From: Chryseobacterium gleum
GTDB taxonomy: Bacteria; Bacteroidota; Bacteroidia; Flavobacteriales; Schleiferiaceae
DNA: 64,000 bases
Direction: 5' to 3'
Assembly (NCBI GenBank): GCA_945883565.1
Contig: CAMCXO010000010.1
Span: 8,019 to 72,018, forward strand
Shown here: piece after piece, positions 10,596 to 21,392 of the stretch
How positions within the stretch are numbered: the stretch's first letter is position 1
Layout: the number at the start of each line of letters is the position of its first letter
Notes under the pieces: generated by a model
Database searches by the model: none
Told to the model about the DNA's origin: nothing
Seen by the model: only the letters and a program-made list of their open reading frames with translations
Program-made: the position numbers and the translations under genes

Positions 10596-13058
10596 TTGAA
10601 CTACTTGCGTTTTTTTTCGGCTTTTTCGCTGTTTTTCTTAAGTTTTTTCGCATCAGCTCAGTCCGATATCAACTTGGTACCGGGTGTAGATTATGAAATT
10701 GGTGAAATACAGGTAACGGGAAATGGTCAGCTCGACCCCAATGTTATTGTTCTTCTTTCCGGTTTACAGGTGGGAGATAAAATAACCATTCCGGGCGAGC
10801 AAATACAAAAAGCAATTCAAAAACTTTGGGAACAAAATCTCTTTGATGACATAAGCATATTGGTTACCCGGAAAATTGGCAGCATTGTATTTCTCGAAAT
10901 CAGGCTACAGGAACTTCCAAAATTGAGCAAATACGGCATATTCGGAGTGAAGAAATCGCGTCGCGATAATTTGCGTGAAGAAATTAAACTGAGTAGGGGC
11001 ATAGTGGTAACCGATAATTTAAAGAGAAATACCCAAAGAAAAATAAAAAGCTATTACCGAGACAAAGGCTACATTGAAACGGAGGTGAGAATAGAACAAG
11101 TAAGAGATACCACCCTCAACAATGCCGTTATTCTCAACATTTTTATTGAGGAAGGCGAACGCATTAAAATCAAAGACATTCACTTTAACGGCAACCAAAG
11201 TCTAGCCGACAGGAAACTCCGCAAGGCCATGAAAAACACGAAGCGCAAAAGACCTTGGACCATTTTCAAAAGCAGTAAGTTTATTAAAGACGATTATATC
11301 ACCGACAAAAAAGCCATTATAGAAAGCTATAACCAGGCAGGCTACAGAGACGCTCGTATTGTCCGCGACAGCGTATACATGGTGTCTTCAAAACGACTGG
11401 CAATTGATTTGGAAATTGAAGAAGGAAGGAAATACTACTTTGGCAACATAAGCTGGTTGGGCAATACCAAGTATCCCAATGAAGTGCTGGATCGAATTTT
11501 AAGAATAAGAAAGGGGGATGTTTACGATTCAAAGCTTTTACAGGAACGATTGTTTGCCGATCAAGGCGGAAACGACATTACTTCGCTTTATCTAGACAAT
11601 GGCTATTTGTTTTTCAATTTAAATCCGGTTGAAATTCGGGTAGAAAACGATACCATACATTACGAAATGCGAATGCGCGAAGGCCGGCAGGCTACCATTA
11701 ACAAGGTAACCGTTAGCGGAAACGACCGCACCAACGATCATGTTATTATGCGTGAATTGCGCACTAGGCCTGGTCAGCTGTTTAGCCGCTCCGATATACA
11801 AAGAACCATGCGCGAACTTGCCCAGCTTGGTTTTTTTGATCCTCAGGAATTGGATGTAAGCCCGATGCCTAACCCCGAAACCGGAATGGTGGACATTGAG
11901 TATAAGGTGGTCGAAAAATCGACTTCTCAGCTTGAACTGCAAGGAGGATGGGGAGGTAACAGAATTGTGGGTACCCTGGGTTTAAATTTCAATAATTTTT
12001 CGGCAAAGGGCATTTTAGATAAGAAAAGTTGGAAGCCCTTGCCTTCTGGCGATGGTCAAACCATAAGCTTAAGGGCCCAAACCAATGGAAGCTTTTTTCA
12101 GTCGTACAGTTTTTCGTTTACCGAGCCTTGGCTGGGAGGAAAAAAGCCAAACTCCTTAACATTTAGTGTTTTTCATAACATTCAAACCAATGGTTTGTCT
12201 AGAAGCGATTCCAGACGCCAGAGTTTACAGATTACATCGTTTAACCTTGGTTTAGGAAAGCGTTTGCGTTGGCCCGACGATTATTTTACTTTATATACAG
12301 GCGCTGAGTATCAAATTTTCAATTTGAATAAATACCAAACCGGGTTTTTACAGTTTTCTGATGGATACAGCCGATCATTCAACTTCAAATTTGTTTTAGG
12401 CAGAAACAATACAGATGTTCCCATTTTCCCGACAAAGGGTTCCATTTTCAACTTAACTTTAGAAGCCACACCGCCTTTTTCGGTATTAAGTGGCAAACAA
12501 TTCGCAGGAGAGCCTGAATCGGTAAAGTTCGAGTGGATAGAGTACCACAAATGGAAGTTTAGCGGCAGCTGGTTCAGCGAAATAGCTAAAAATTTTGTTC
12601 TAAGATCACATATGGAATTCGGACTTCTTGGATTTTATAATTCCGATATTGGTTTACCTCCTTTTGAGCGCTTTTTCGTTGGAGGCGATGGTCTTCAAAA
12701 CTTCGTAATTGACGGGCGTGAAATCATTGGTTTAAGAGGGTATCCAAACAACTCATTGTCAACCCAGGCAGGCGATCCATTATACAATAAGTTTATTTTT
12801 GAATTGCGCTATTTGATTTCACCCAATCCTCAGGCTCAGGTATTTGCTTTGGCCTTTGCCGAAGGCGGAAACAGCTACCGCAACTTTGAGAATTATAACC
12901 CGTTTTTGGTAAAGCGTTCGTTGGGTTTAGGGGTTAGAATTTTTATGCCCATGTTTGGTTTGCTAGGCATTGATTTTGCACATGGATTCGACAACATTCC
13001 GGGCGCCATTGGAAAAAGCGGCTGGAATACCCACTTTATAATCGGACAACAATTTTAA
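10596..13058 (+). CDS. bamA: outer membrane protein assembly factor BamA
   Basis: 820 aa. Signal peptide, repeated POTRA-like modules, C-terminal Omp85 beta-barrel with aromatic-rich strands. Confidence 0.9.
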   Translation: MNYLRFFSAFSLFFLSFFASAQSDINLVPGVDYEIGEIQVTGNGQLDPNVIVLLSGLQVGDKITIPGEQIQKAIQKLWEQNLFDDISILVTRKIGSIVFLEIRLQELPKLSKYGIFGVKKSRRDNLREEIKLSRGIVVTDNLKRNTQRKIKSYYRDKGYIETEVRIEQVRDTTLNNAVILNIFIEEGERIKIKDIHFNGNQSLADRKLRKAMKNTKRKRPWTIFKSSKFIKDDYITDKKAIIESYNQAGYRDARIVRDSVYMVSSKRLAIDLEIEEGRKYYFGNISWLGNTKYPNEVLDRILRIRKGDVYDSKLLQERLFADQGGNDITSLYLDNGYLFFNLNPVEIRVENDTIHYEMRMREGRQATINKVTVSGNDRTNDHVIMRELRTRPGQLFSRSDIQRTMRELAQLGFFDPQELDVSPMPNPETGMVDIEYKVVEKSTSQLELQGGWGGNRIVGTLGLNFNNFSAKGILDKKSWKPLPSGDGQTISLRAQTNGSFFQSYSFSFTEPWLGGKKPNSLTFSVFHNIQTNGLSRSDSRRQSLQITSFNLGLGKRLRWPDDYFTLYTGAEYQIFNLNKYQTGFLQFSDGYSRSFNFKFVLGRNNTDVPIFPTKGSIFNLTLEATPPFSVLSGKQFAGEPESVKFEWIEYHKWKFSGSWFSEIAKNFVLRSHMEFGLLGFYNSDIGLPPFERFFVGGDGLQNFVIDGREIIGLRGYPNNSLSTQAGDPLYNKFIFELRYLISPNPQAQVFALAFAEGGNSYRNFENYNPFLVKRSLGLGVRIFMPMFGLLGIDFAHGFDNIPGAIGKSGWNTHFIIGQQF

Positions 13059-13060
13059 AT

Positions 13061-13579
13061 ATGCGTGCTAAACTAATTCTCTCCATTTTCTTGGCATTGT
13101 TTATGCTAGGTGCATCTGGAATAAAAGCCCAAAGGCTAGCTTACATCGACAGCCAAATTATTTTGAAAAAAATACCTGAATATGCACAAGCTCAGGCTCA
13201 GATAGACAATTCTTCTAAGCAGTGGGAGTCTGAAGTGTCAAAGCTTAGAAAGGAAATAGACGAAATGGAAAAAAGCTATCAGTCTGAGAAAGTTTTGTTA
13301 ACCCCAAAACTGCAGGAAGAAAAAGAAAGTGAAATAGCAAAAAAGCATCAGGAAGCCATCGAGTTACAGAGGAAGTATTTTGGTCCGGAAGGCGAATTGT
13401 TTAAAAAGAGGCAAACCCTCATTCAACCTATTCAAGACCAAATTTTTAATGCGGTTCAAGACGTGGCTCAACGGAAACGTTACGACATGGTTTTTGATAA
13501 AGCGGGTGCCATAACTTTGCTGTATGCCAGCAAAGCCATGGACATTAGCGAAGAGGTATTGCAGAAAATGGGCTATTAA
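13061..13579 (+). CDS. OmpH/Skp family periplasmic chaperone
   Basis: 172 aa. Signal peptide; coiled-coil Lys/Glu/Gln-rich; conserved position after bamA. Confidence 0.8.
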   Translation: MRAKLILSIFLALFMLGASGIKAQRLAYIDSQIILKKIPEYAQAQAQIDNSSKQWESEVSKLRKEIDEMEKSYQSEKVLLTPKLQEEKESEIAKKHQEAIELQRKYFGPEGELFKKRQTLIQPIQDQIFNAVQDVAQRKRYDMVFDKAGAITLLYASKAMDISEEVLQKMGY

Positions 13580-13602
13580 CAACAAAAGAAAACAAACCAA
13601 AA

Positions 13603-14112
13603 ATGAAAATCAAACATCTTGTATTTGCAGTGCTTTTTATGGCGGGAAGCCAAATGGCAGCACAAAACAAATTAGCTCATGTTGACCTTGAGGCATTGGT
13701 TCAATCCATGCCCGAAACCCAAGCCGCTCAGGCCAGTTTAGAAGAATATGGAAAGCAATTGCAGAAAGATTTGGAAGATATGTACACCGAATATCAAAAC
13801 CGTGCACAGGCTTTCAAAACCGCAGAGCCCAATATGACCAATTTAAACAAAGAAACCAAGCTGAAAGAAATTCAGGAATTAGAGAGGCGTATTGAAGAGT
13901 ACCAGCAAAGAATGAACGTGGATTTTCAAACCAGACAAGGTGAATTGTTGAAACCCATCATCGAAAAGGTTGAGCAAGCCATTAATGAAGTAACCATTGC
14001 GGAAGGCATCAATTACGTAATCGATAGTTCGGCCAGCAAACGCACCTTACTGTCCATTAACAACGGTACCGATCTTACCCCTGTAGTTAAAAAGAAACTG
14101 GGCCTTAATTAA
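13603..14112 (+). CDS. OmpH/Skp family periplasmic chaperone (second copy)
   Basis: 169 aa. Signal peptide; coiled-coil composition; paralog of the preceding gene. Confidence 0.8.
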   Translation: MKIKHLVFAVLFMAGSQMAAQNKLAHVDLEALVQSMPETQAAQASLEEYGKQLQKDLEDMYTEYQNRAQAFKTAEPNMTNLNKETKLKEIQELERRIEEYQQRMNVDFQTRQGELLKPIIEKVEQAINEVTIAEGINYVIDSSASKRTLLSINNGTDLTPVVKKKLGLN

Positions 14113-14123
14113 GGCCCTTTTTT
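14101..14123 (+). terminator. intrinsic terminator/attenuator overlapping the skp stop codon, immediately before the murI start
   Basis: Perfect 16-bp palindrome GGCCTTAATTAAGGCC followed by CTTTTTT, then the ATG of murI at 14124. Confidence 0.55.
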
Positions 14124-14921
14124 ATGAATGGCCCTATTGGTATTTTCGACTCAGGCATAGGGGGCCTAACGGTAGCGTCGGCCTTAAAAAACCAATTGCC
14201 AAATGAGTCGTTGTTGTATTTCGGCGATACCGCTCACATGCCTTATGGCGATAAATCTGAAGATGCCATACGGTATTACAGCATTAGAATTGCGCAATTC
14301 TTGCTTAAAAACCAGGCTAAAGCCATAGTTATAGCTTGCAACAGTGCCTCGGCCGCTGCCGCCCGTGTGGTTGAAGATTTTGTAGATGGTAAAGTTCCGG
14401 TGATTAATGTAATAGATCCATTAATTGCCTACTTAGGGGAACACCACGGCAGCGATCGTATTGGGGTTATTGGAACCAAGGCCACCATTGGAAGTGAGGT
14501 TTATAAAAACCGAATTGAAGCCTTATTAAACGATTGCAAAGTTCAAAGCCTAGCCACCCCTTTATTGGCACCTATGATAGAAGAGGGGTTTTTCAACAAT
14601 AAAATTAGTCAAACAATAGTTGAGTCGTATTTGAATAATCGAAAACTTAAAGGCATTCAAACTTTGGTTCTAGCGTGTACCCATTATCCTTTAATACGCA
14701 CAGAAATAGAGCGGTTTTATGCCGGCAAAGTGCATGCGATAGACTCGGCACAGCCGGTGGCTATGTATACCAAGCAAAAATTAGAATCGTTAAATCTTTT
14801 GACTCAGAATACAAAAGCCAGATATCAATTTTATGTGAGCGATTATACCCAGTCTTTTGAAAAAAGCGCTAAACTGTTTTTTGGAAACAAAGTAGTATTG
14901 CAAGAGGCCAATTTTTGGTAG
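14124..14921 (+). CDS. murI: glutamate racemase
   Basis: 265 aa. GIFDSGIGGLTV, ACNSAS and LACTHYP motifs. Confidence 0.9.
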   Translation: MNGPIGIFDSGIGGLTVASALKNQLPNESLLYFGDTAHMPYGDKSEDAIRYYSIRIAQFLLKNQAKAIVIACNSASAAAARVVEDFVDGKVPVINVIDPLIAYLGEHHGSDRIGVIGTKATIGSEVYKNRIEALLNDCKVQSLATPLLAPMIEEGFFNNKISQTIVESYLNNRKLKGIQTLVLACTHYPLIRTEIERFYAGKVHAIDSAQPVAMYTKQKLESLNLLTQNTKARYQFYVSDYTQSFEKSAKLFFGNKVVLQEANFW

Positions 14922-14949
14922 AATTCTTTAGTTTATTCAGCCAAAAAAA

Positions 14950-16062
14950 TTATACATTAAAACGGAAATGCATCACATCACCGTCTTGAACCAAATATTC
15001 TTTGCCTTCTACACGCAGTTTACCTGCATCTCGTACTGCCGATTCTGAACCAAACTTCACATAATCATCGAAGGAAATAACTTCAGCACGAATAAAACCT
15101 TTTTCAAAATCGCTATGAATAACACCAGCCGCTTGAGGCGCTTTAAAGCCTTGGTGAATGGTCCATGCACGCACTTCTTTTACCCCGGCCGTGAAATACG
15201 TTTGCAAACGAAGCAACTGATAAGCAGATCGAATCAAACGGTTAACCCCGGCTTCTTCCAAACCAATTTCTTCTAAAAACATTTGCTTTTCTTCAAAAGT
15301 CTCTAAATCGGCTATGTCGGCTTCGGTGGCAATCGCCAGCATTAACAAGCCGGCATTTTCGTTTGCTATGGATTTTTTAACCGCTTCCACATGTTGATTT
15401 CCCGAAACAGCTGAGGCTTCATCTACATTACAAACATATAAAACGGGTTTTGCCGTAAGCAATTGTAATTCTTCAATAAGTTCGGCTTCGGTGTCGGTCA
15501 TTGGCAAAGCCCGCATATTGCTACCGGTTTCAAGGTGCTGTTTGCAACGGTCGAGAAATTCTACTTCTTTAATGGCCTCTTTGGCACCCACTTTAGCGGC
15601 CTTTCTGCTTTTATCGAGGCGCTTTTCGAGGGTTTCTAGGTCTTTAATCTGTAATTCTGTATCAATGGTTTCTTTGTCACGTACCGGATTTATTGTTCCA
15701 TCTACGTGGGTAATGTTTTCGTTTTCAAAACACCTTAGTACGTGCAAAATGGCATTGGTTTCGCGGATATTTCCTAGAAACTGATTGCCTAGGCCTTCGC
15801 CTTTGCTGGCGCCCTTTACAAGTCCGGCGATGTCAACAATTTCTACGGTGGCCGGTACCACCCGTTCTGGCTTAACCAGCTTCTCTAAAGCATATAAACG
15901 AGGGTCCGGAACATTAACAGTTCCTACATTGGGTTCGATGGTGCAAAATGGAAAATTTGCTGCTTGAGCCTTAGCACTTGACAAGCAATTAAACAAGGTT
16001 GATTTTCCAACATTTGGGAGGCCTACAATTCCGCATTTCATGGGCGCGAATATAAAACCCAA
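14950..16062 (-). CDS. ychF: redox-regulated ribosome-binding ATPase YchF
   Basis: 370 aa. MKCGIVGLPNVGKSTLFN P-loop; Obg-family G motifs; C-terminal TGS domain. Confidence 0.93.
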   Translation of the reverse strand: MGFIFAPMKCGIVGLPNVGKSTLFNCLSSAKAQAANFPFCTIEPNVGTVNVPDPRLYALEKLVKPERVVPATVEIVDIAGLVKGASKGEGLGNQFLGNIRETNAILHVLRCFENENITHVDGTINPVRDKETIDTELQIKDLETLEKRLDKSRKAAKVGAKEAIKEVEFLDRCKQHLETGSNMRALPMTDTEAELIEELQLLTAKPVLYVCNVDEASAVSGNQHVEAVKKSIANENAGLLMLAIATEADIADLETFEEKQMFLEEIGLEEAGVNRLIRSAYQLLRLQTYFTAGVKEVRAWTIHQGFKAPQAAGVIHSDFEKGFIRAEVISFDDYVKFGSESAVRDAGKLRVEGKEYLVQDGDVMHFRFNV

Positions 16063-16098
16063 TGCAGCGCCATAAAGCGAAACATTTAGGTTGAAAAT

Positions 16099-18606
16099 CT
16101 ATGGTAGAACAGCAAATGAATAAAACACGAGAGTGGAACCTTCTCCCTGAACAGCCAGTTGAACGCGACCATTTTGCTTAAAATCACCTGCTGCAAACTG
16201 GCCTTCACAATAAATTGGAAATCCTTCTAAAGGCGCTCCGTTTTCATCAAAAATCCATAGCTCATTTCTGCTACCAACCACTCCGGCTACCCAAACCCGT
16301 TGTTTAACATTCAATGTTTTGGCATGGGTAAATGGGGCTTTCAGTTGTTCGATTTTTAAAACCCCCTTTGGTAATTCTATTTCTATATCGCCATTTAAAA
16401 TTCTTAGGCCTTTTTGGTTCGATATTTCGAGGTAGTCGGCTTTGGTATTGGCAACATCTAAATTGCCGTTAGTGAAGAGATAAACCATATCTCCTTTTTC
16501 ATTTAAACCAACAAAACCATCGAGTTTTGCATTATTTTGATTGCTTGGCCACCAAACGCTGCCCTCTTTTATGGTTATTTGCAAATCTTTTTGAAGCCGT
16601 TTGATGCCTGTTCGATCCAAAAAACGCAGAGTGCCATCAGATGAAGTGACCAAAATAAAATCCTTTCCTCCTGAAAATAGGTATTTTGCTTCTTGATTTA
16701 TTTCTTTAGGAAATTTTTCAGCCTTCCAACCTTGTATTGGTTTACCTTCTATATTGTAGTTGGCCATACGTGTGCCCATTGGAATTAGAATTCGATAATT
16801 TCTGTTTTGGTCGTAATCTAAAACGCTAACTGGGGCAGTAGCCGCCTCAGGTAATGAAATGGGATATCCTGGTAAAGGATTTCCATTACGGTCAAAAGCG
16901 TATAGGCTTGCACTGGTATTCGCTACATATTGAATTTTATTGTTTTTGAAAGCATCAACTTCTTTAATACCCCCTATAAGAGGGCCATCAAGAGTTTTTT
17001 TCCAAAGCAGTTTACCGGAAGCGTCTAAATGGTATAAAGTGAAATTAACATCTTGTACCATCAATTCCATTTGTTTTCCTGAATGGGTTTTAACACCAAA
17101 CGGCCCTTTTAAGATACTTCCTTCCAAAGTATAAGCCCAATCGGTTTTTACCAATTCTGTAGGAATCTCCCCCTTTGTTAATTCGAACTTTAGATACAAC
17201 CTCTCGCCTCTTTTTTGCAAACTCCCTCCGCCCATTAAAAAAGGTTGAAGGCGCTCTTCTGATGTCTTTAGTGCGGGCATGCCTTTGCCATTTACAGCAT
17301 CCATAAGTAAGTTTGCTAAGCCGGGATTTTTGCCTCCGAAATGTATTTGTCCTTTTCCCCCAGGTTGCTTATCCAGTTTGGTCTTTTGTAAATAGTTTTT
17401 AAGAAGCAAACCATTTTGAAAATCATTAATCATTGACTTTAACAAATCGATAGACTGCGAAGCGTATAATTGTTTGTCAACAATCGCGAAGTGGCTAAAG
17501 GTTAATGCCGAGTTCCAAGGCAGAAATCCTTTTGAGGCTTCAGGGTTCTCTAGACTGTAAATTTTAGTTTCTCTATAATCTTGGGTTTGAAGATCAGAAT
17601 TTGCAGAAAGCGAGTCGAGCCATAATTCGGGAGTTTGACTTCCGAGGCTTCTGAAATACACGGGTTTCAAATAATCTATAGGGCCTTCTTGGGTATAATT
17701 AAACCAACCGCATGGAGTAGATTTATCCCAAGTTTCAGAGTTTGATTGTTTGGAACCTCTATAGGAGGTATTGAATACCCACCACGACTCGGCAGAAAAA
17801 GGGATGAGCTGTTCAGCTTTGAATTCGTCTCCATCATTTTCACTCAAAACCAATTTGTTGGCTTCGCTGTCTTCATGCAGCAATCCGGCTAGAACGAGCG
17901 CATTTTTTTCATATTGAAGGTCTAGCGTTATCCAGTTCTGGTTTCCTTTTAGTTTGGGGAGTTTTTGTCGTTCGAATAAATGTTTCCAAAAAACATCTAT
18001 TTCTTCAGTTTTAATATAAATATGAGCCAAGGCATTTTGGCCTTGTAAGTTGCTTATTTGCTCTAATTCGTTGGTTTCTTGAGGGGTTTTTAGAAGCTCG
18101 TGTTTTCTTAAGGCTTCCTCTATGAGAAGAGAAGAGGTGGCGGTTAACAATCGATTATCCAGTACACAAGTAAACCACTGTTGTTCGCCATCGCTGAAAA
18201 CTTGAATTTTATGGCTGGTATAAAGACGTTCATCGGTTAGTTTCCATTTTGAAAGACCGTCATGCCAGTTTAACCCATTGTTTGAAGGGGTAATGATTAA
18301 TAATACATCGAAAATATTGGCTCCTGTTTGAGCAAAGGATATCAAAACAGACTCAGAATCGGGCAGTTTTTTAAGTGAATTGAATGAATAGCTCAAACGT
18401 TTTCCGGCTGGGAAAATGTCGAAAACTTGAGGTGTTAAATCGTTTTGCAAAAACGCATTAAAATCTGCCGAATTGGGTATATGCACCACCACAGCGGCTC
18501 TTCCTGGCAAAAGCTGCCAGGGCGTTGTGCTCGTGACTTTGTTCTGCTTGCACGAAATACTCGATAAAAAGGCAATAAACCAAAGTAGGAGGTGGCTTTT
18601 GTTCAT
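16099..18606 (-). CDS. large hypothetical lipoprotein (835 aa)
   Basis: Signal peptide with lipobox-like LSSISC. No recognisable catalytic motif. The C-terminal half has beta-rich repeat character. Confidence 0.55.
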   Translation of the reverse strand: MNKSHLLLWFIAFLSSISCKQNKVTSTTPWQLLPGRAAVVVHIPNSADFNAFLQNDLTPQVFDIFPAGKRLSYSFNSLKKLPDSESVLISFAQTGANIFDVLLIITPSNNGLNWHDGLSKWKLTDERLYTSHKIQVFSDGEQQWFTCVLDNRLLTATSSLLIEEALRKHELLKTPQETNELEQISNLQGQNALAHIYIKTEEIDVFWKHLFERQKLPKLKGNQNWITLDLQYEKNALVLAGLLHEDSEANKLVLSENDGDEFKAEQLIPFSAESWWVFNTSYRGSKQSNSETWDKSTPCGWFNYTQEGPIDYLKPVYFRSLGSQTPELWLDSLSANSDLQTQDYRETKIYSLENPEASKGFLPWNSALTFSHFAIVDKQLYASQSIDLLKSMINDFQNGLLLKNYLQKTKLDKQPGGKGQIHFGGKNPGLANLLMDAVNGKGMPALKTSEERLQPFLMGGGSLQKRGERLYLKFELTKGEIPTELVKTDWAYTLEGSILKGPFGVKTHSGKQMELMVQDVNFTLYHLDASGKLLWKKTLDGPLIGGIKEVDAFKNNKIQYVANTSASLYAFDRNGNPLPGYPISLPEAATAPVSVLDYDQNRNYRILIPMGTRMANYNIEGKPIQGWKAEKFPKEINQEAKYLFSGGKDFILVTSSDGTLRFLDRTGIKRLQKDLQITIKEGSVWWPSNQNNAKLDGFVGLNEKGDMVYLFTNGNLDVANTKADYLEISNQKGLRILNGDIEIELPKGVLKIEQLKAPFTHAKTLNVKQRVWVAGVVGSRNELWIFDENGAPLEGFPIYCEGQFAAGDFKQNGRVQLAVQGEGSTLVFYSFAVLP

Positions 18607-18615
18607 GCCACAAAA

Positions 18616-19260
18616 TTAAGATTCCCCGAACAGCAAGGGGGCTTTTAGGTTTTTATTAATAATTTGAAAAGTTTGACGGTGGTATTTGCACGCGCCTTTA
18701 GTCATAACCATGGTGCGATGTGATGGGGTTGGATAGCCTTTATTGTCTTTCCAACCATAAATAGGAAATTCCTCGTGCAAGGCATCCATTAAAGCATCGC
18801 GATGTACTTTGGCCAAAATAGAAGCGGCAGCAATAGATTGGTACTTACCATCGCCACGAATGATGGCTGAGTGTTCTATATTGGGGTATGGCTTGAATCG
18901 ATTTCCGTCAACCAGTAAAAAATCGGGCTTAACAGAGAGCAAGTCAACACATTTGTGCATGGCTATAAATGTAGCCTGTAGAATATTAACTTGATCAATT
19001 ACGTCGCTTCCAACTTCAGATACAGCCCAAGCCAGTGCATTGGTTTTAATGATTTCGGCTAAAGAACTTCTTTCTTCTGGACTTAATTTTTTAGAATCGT
19101 TTAAGCCTTCTATGGGCTTTAAGGGATTTAAAATAACCGCAGCGGCCACTACAGGACCTGCCAAACAACCTCTGCCGGCTTCATCTAAACCGGCTTCTTT
19201 CTTGTCTGCGTTTAAAAAAGGCAAAAGCTCCATATTACGCTTGTGTTTTTGTGCATTCAA
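18616..19260 (-). CDS. rnhB: ribonuclease HII
   Basis: 214 aa. DEAGRGCLAGPVVAAAVIL catalytic motif. Confidence 0.9.
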   Translation of the reverse strand: MNAQKHKRNMELLPFLNADKKEAGLDEAGRGCLAGPVVAAAVILNPLKPIEGLNDSKKLSPEERSSLAEIIKTNALAWAVSEVGSDVIDQVNILQATFIAMHKCVDLLSVKPDFLLVDGNRFKPYPNIEHSAIIRGDGKYQSIAAASILAKVHRDALMDALHEEFPIYGWKDNKGYPTPSHRTMVMTKGACKYHRQTFQIINKNLKAPLLFGES

Positions 19261-20383
19261 TTAGTCCATCCCAAATATTTCGGGCGCTTTTGTCCCAAGA
19301 AAAATAGGCAAGTCGGTTTTTCCCTTTTTCGATGAGACTATTCCGCCATTCTGGTTTCAAAACCATATTTTTCATTTCAGCCGCCCATTGCTGAGGTTCG
19401 TTTGGGTCAATACAAACAGCGGCATTACCCGCTACTTCAGGCAATGCTGTTCTATTTGAAGTTAAAACCGCCGTTTGGGCCGCCCAAGCCTCAAGAATGG
19501 GGATGCCAAATCCTTCAAAAAAACTTGGATAAACCAAGGCCAAAGCATTTGATAGTAGAGCGTGCTTTTGAGGCTCACTGATGCGGCCCAACACTAAAAT
19601 ATCGTTTTTATTAGGATGGTTGTTAACTAGGGCGTTCCATTCATCTTTATAGAACCGTACACACTTTCCGGCAATGGCCAATTGATGAGACCCCGGATGG
19701 GTGTTTTTAAATATGTGAAAGGCTTCCAGTAAAGTTTCGAGGTTTTTCCGTGGGTGAATAGCACCTACGTACACAAAATAGGGTTCACTTTCTTGCTTCT
19801 TTTTGTATATCAAGTTCCAACGTTCTAATTCTCCATCTTCAAAAAACAAGGAGGGTAAAGCATTGTAAGAAAGCCCTATGTTTTTCATATCGAGTTGGTA
19901 CTGAAAAGCCAAATCCTGCCGAGAAAATTCAGATACTGTAAACAGTTTACAAGCTTTGTTGGCATAAAGTCTGAAATTTCTATTGTAGAATTTTTGAACC
20001 AATACCGGCAAATCGAAAGGACGATGAATAAAATTTAAATCGTGAATCACCAAAACCTGAGGGATTTTTAAATGCATACTGCCCATACCATCGAGCGATA
20101 AGAACACATCACATTTAAGTTTTTTAGCTACTCGAGGTAGACCATATTCCAACCACCACCACCATAAAAAAGGGTGGCGAGTGGGTGGGTTTATTACATG
20201 CGGAAAAACATTCGAACTGAAAACAAAACCGGTGTCGAATGAACGGTCGAATATAAAATGAAAGTCAATTTCTGGATGTTCAATGCACAGCCGTTTGAGA
20301 ATTTCGTACTTAAATACGCCCAAACCTTCCAAACGGTTGTTTAGAAGCAGACGGGCATTTACCAAAACGCTCAATTTTTTCAT
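19235..20383 (-). CDS. glycosyltransferase family 4
   Basis: 382 aa. C-terminal GT4 signature EGFGIPILEAWA. Confidence 0.8.
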   Translation of the reverse strand: MKKLSVLVNARLLLNNRLEGLGVFKYEILKRLCIEHPEIDFHFIFDRSFDTGFVFSSNVFPHVINPPTRHPFLWWWWLEYGLPRVAKKLKCDVFLSLDGMGSMHLKIPQVLVIHDLNFIHRPFDLPVLVQKFYNRNFRLYANKACKLFTVSEFSRQDLAFQYQLDMKNIGLSYNALPSLFFEDGELERWNLIYKKKQESEPYFVYVGAIHPRKNLETLLEAFHIFKNTHPGSHQLAIAGKCVRFYKDEWNALVNNHPNKNDILVLGRISEPQKHALLSNALALVYPSFFEGFGIPILEAWAAQTAVLTSNRTALPEVAGNAAVCIDPNEPQQWAAEMKNMVLKPEWRNSLIEKGKNRLAYFSWDKSARNIWDGLIECTKTQA

Positions 20384-20644
20384 TCAATGTCCAAATGTAT
20401 AGTTTAATTGTAAAAAAATAGCGTTGTATTCAGAATGCTATTTGCGGTTATTTTCTCTAAATTATTTATAAATCAACATAATAGCAATTTTTATATTAGC
20501 TACAATAGAATGTAATTTGTGTTAAATATTAAATATGTGGCGATAAAGTGAAAAAAAGATTTTAAACGGGTTTACGTTAAACCAATGCAGCTACTCATAA
20601 ACTCATACTTGCAAATGTTGTGCTAACAGCCGCACATTGCGCAC

Positions 20645-21223
20645 ATGTTTCAAATTGGCAAAACCTTGGTTTCTGAAGAGCTTTTTTCAGAACAGTTTCA
20701 TTGTAATCTGGAGGCTTGTAAAGGGGCCTGTTGTGTTGAAGGCGATTCGGGGGCACCCTTGCTTGAACATGAAGCAAAAATTCTCAACGAAATATTGCCC
20801 AAAATAAAGCCGTTTTTATCTGAAACAGGTTGGCAGGCTATTGAGGAACAAGGCAGCAGTGTGGTAGACCGTGATGGAGATTTGGTAACCCCACTTAATC
20901 AAGGAGCCGAATGTGCTTATGTCGTATTTGAGAATGGTAAAGCACTTTGTGGAATAGAAAAAGCATGGAAAGCAGGCGTGATTGACTTTCAAAAACCGGT
21001 GAGTTGCCATTTATACCCCATTAGAATTGGAGAGTATGTGAGCTTTGATGCCGTTAATTACAACCGTTGGGAAATTTGCAGTCCGGCTTGCGAATTGGGT
21101 AAAGCCTTAAAAATGCCGGTTTTTAGATTTGTGCGCGAAGCTTTAATCCGTCGATATGGACTGCCTTGGTTTCAAGAACTTGAATCAACCTACGAGTATT
21201 GGTTGCGCAGTAGGGAACTCTAA
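20645..21223 (+). CDS. DUF3109 family protein (Cys-rich)
   Basis: 192 aa. N-terminal CNLEACKGACCVEGD cysteine cluster typical of DUF3109. Confidence 0.55.
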   Translation: MFQIGKTLVSEELFSEQFHCNLEACKGACCVEGDSGAPLLEHEAKILNEILPKIKPFLSETGWQAIEEQGSSVVDRDGDLVTPLNQGAECAYVVFENGKALCGIEKAWKAGVIDFQKPVSCHLYPIRIGEYVSFDAVNYNRWEICSPACELGKALKMPVFRFVREALIRRYGLPWFQELESTYEYWLRSREL

Positions 21224-21392
21224 GCTTTATACCGTTCCTTTTATTTTTTCAACTTTATTGTCTCTAAACATATAATCAGTATGTTATGTGGTTTTTAAAT
21301 GTGTTTTTTGATGTCTATATTTTTTATTTCACGCAAAAGCAGTAAAGAAATAGAAAGTGTATATTCGACACCATTCACTTAATGAATGTATG

